A stretch of 64,000 nucleotides of DNA from Ylistrum balloti (lineage: Eukaryota). The stretch spans positions 186,001 through 250,000 of the forward strand of contig NW_026782105.1 of the NCBI RefSeq assembly GCF_031769215.1, read 5' to 3'. Below are positions 61,938 to 64,000 of this stretch, piece after piece (position 1 is the first letter of the stretch; every line of letters begins with the position of its first letter). The notes beneath the pieces were generated by a model that did not search any database, had not been told where the DNA came from, and saw only the letters and a program-made list of their open reading frames with translations. Position numbers and translations under genes: made by a program.

Positions 61938-63220
61938 TAGTCCTCCTTATAGCCACTGACTTAGATATCTATATATCTGTATCTAAGTCCTCCTTACGGT
62001 CATTGACTTAAGTACCTACATCTTTATCTAAGTCCTCGTTATGGCCAATGACTTGGATACCTAGATATTTATCTAAGTCCTCGTTGTGGCCACTAACTTA
62101 GATACCTAAATCTTTATATAAGTCCTCGTTATGGCCACTAACTTAGATACCTAAATCTTTATATAAGTCCTCGTTATGGCCACTAACTTAGATACCTAAA
62201 TCTTTATCTAAGTCCTCGTTATGGCCGCTAACTTAGATACCTAAATCTTTATATAAGTCCTCGTTATGGCCACTGACCTAGATACCTAAATCTTTATTTA
62301 AGTCCTCGTTATGGCCACTAACTTAGATACCTAAATCTTTATCTAAGACCTCGTTATGGCCGCTAACTTAGATACCTAAATCTTTATATAAGTCCTCGTT
62401 ATGGCCACTGACCTAGATACCTAAATCTTTATTTAAGTCCTCGTTATGGCCACTGACCTAGATACCTAAATCTTTATCTAAGTCCTCGTTATGGCCACTA
62501 ACTTAGATACCTAAATCTTTATCTAAGTCCTCGTTATGGCTACACACTTAGATATCTATATATCTTTATCTAAGTCCTCGTTATAGCCACTGACTTAGAT
62601 ATCTATATATCTGTATCTAAGTCCTCCTTACGGTCATTGACTTAGGTACCTAAATCTTTATATAAGTCCTCGTTATGGCCACTGACTTAGATACCTAAAT
62701 CTTTATCTAAGTCCTCGTTATGGCCAATGACTTGGATACCTAGATATTTATCTAAGTCCTCGTTGTGGCCACTAACTTAGATGCCTAAATCTTTATCTAA
62801 GACCTCGTTATGGCCGCTAACTTAGATACCTAAATCTTTATATAAGTCCTCGTTATGGCCACTGACCTAGATACCTAAATCTTTATCTAAGTCCTCGTTA
62901 TGGCCACTAACTTAGATACCTAAATCTTTATCTAAGTCCTCGTTATGGCCACACACTTAGATATCTATATATCTTTATCTAAGTCCTCGTTATAGCCACT
63001 GACTTAGATATCTATATATCTGTATCTAAGTCCTCCTTACGGTCATTGACTTAGGTACCTAAATCTTTATATAAGTCCTCGTTATGGCCACTGACTTAGA
63101 TACCTAAATCTTTATCTAAGTCCTCGTTATGGCCACACACTTAGATATCTATATATCTTTATCTAAGTCCTCCATACAGTCATTGACTTAGATACCTACA
63201 TCTAAGTCCTCTTCATAGCC
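61938..63220. repeat. Minisatellite, 45-bp unit (CTAAGTCCTCGTTATGGCCACTAACTTAGATACCTAAATCTTTAT), about 28 copies
   Basis: AGTCC recurs at exact 45-bp spacing (e.g. 62121, 62166); internal CTAAGT/ACTTAG inverted repeat. Confidence 0.97.
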
Positions 63221-64000
63221 TTTGCATTGAAGATTATCCATTAGACAATCTCTATTAAAAAAACCCGCCTATTTTACCACTAAGCTCTCTGAATCTTCAC
63301 AGCAACATTAAGCACACATTTCGTAATTGGTTATCATTCACTTAGCATACACGCTTCATCAATGCAGTTTCCCATTACACCGGATTTTAAACAATTTGAT
63401 AATCTAGTGGAAACATTAAGTAGGTAATTATGGCTTTAATACTCCCTTAAATGATAAAATACAAAGGACTATTTTTATCTTCCTGAATACCAGTGCATTT
63501 CACTCCATAATTCATAACCACAAGAGACAAATTGCATTCACATTTTATAGCTAAATTGTGATTTGAGTATAAAGATTTCACAACGTTCCAGACACAATAC
63601 ATTAGATGCCCATGGCATATAATTAAAACACAAGTGGTGGGATATTTTTACACTATATAGAACGATTATGTTCTCAGTACGTAATTAACCTTTCACAAAA
63701 ATTCAAGGTATAATAAATTGCATTTATAGGCCCACCTGGTACGTACGCAACAGGCAAGCCCCCACCGTACGACTTGTTGTTTGTTAACCTAACGCGATCA
63801 ATACCCGTGATGTGTATTGTACGGGATAGGTGGATTAGTAGCATTAGTCGCACTTGATCGTTGTGCCAATTCCTAGTCCACTTATATCTGTTGGGCTGCC
63901 AGAGACGGATATACACAGTCGGCGTACCGGATTTTCTATTACAATGACAACGTAGATGTGTTGCTAGGAGGTTAAATTTCGTCTTCTCCTCTTGTCATCC

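Noticed and set aside
49578-63220. Regular arrays that superficially resemble CRISPR
   Set aside because: Head-to-tail tandem units without unique spacers, no cas genes, eukaryotic context.

Overview
AT-rich, intron-rich eukaryotic DNA. The repeat landscape (pearl/HINE-like elements, Penelope-like RT, CR1) and gene content suggest a bivalve mollusc, which is an inference. I could build six protein-coding genes by hand. (1) A 13-exon CD164/endolyn gene (- strand, 319-25097) with three tandem cysteine-rich modules and five micro-exons, all introns phase 1. (2, 3) Two divergent mucin-only CD164/porimin-family paralogues (- strand, 27841-29625 and 46776-48457). (4, 5) Between these paralogues, a tandem pair of intronless cGAS-like receptor (cGLR/Mab-21 nucleotidyltransferase) genes with intact catalytic motifs and a C-terminal TPR-like helical domain (+ strand, 32254-34224 and 36233-38251), each followed by an antisense Penelope-like RT relic. 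(6) An 8-exon PPIL6 cyclophilin gene (- strand, 54520-60622). PPIL6 upstream of CD164 on the same strand matches the human 6q21 arrangement, so the paralogues and cGLRs appear to be an immune-flavoured expansion inside an old syntenic interval. Also present: a full-length Tc1 (DD34E) inactivated by three TGA stops at probable CGA codons, a CR1 LINE 3' fragment, SINE and MITE remnants, four tandem repeat arrays (69, 61, 31 and 45 bp units) and a 130-N assembly gap. No CRISPR, rRNA or true tRNA genes were found.
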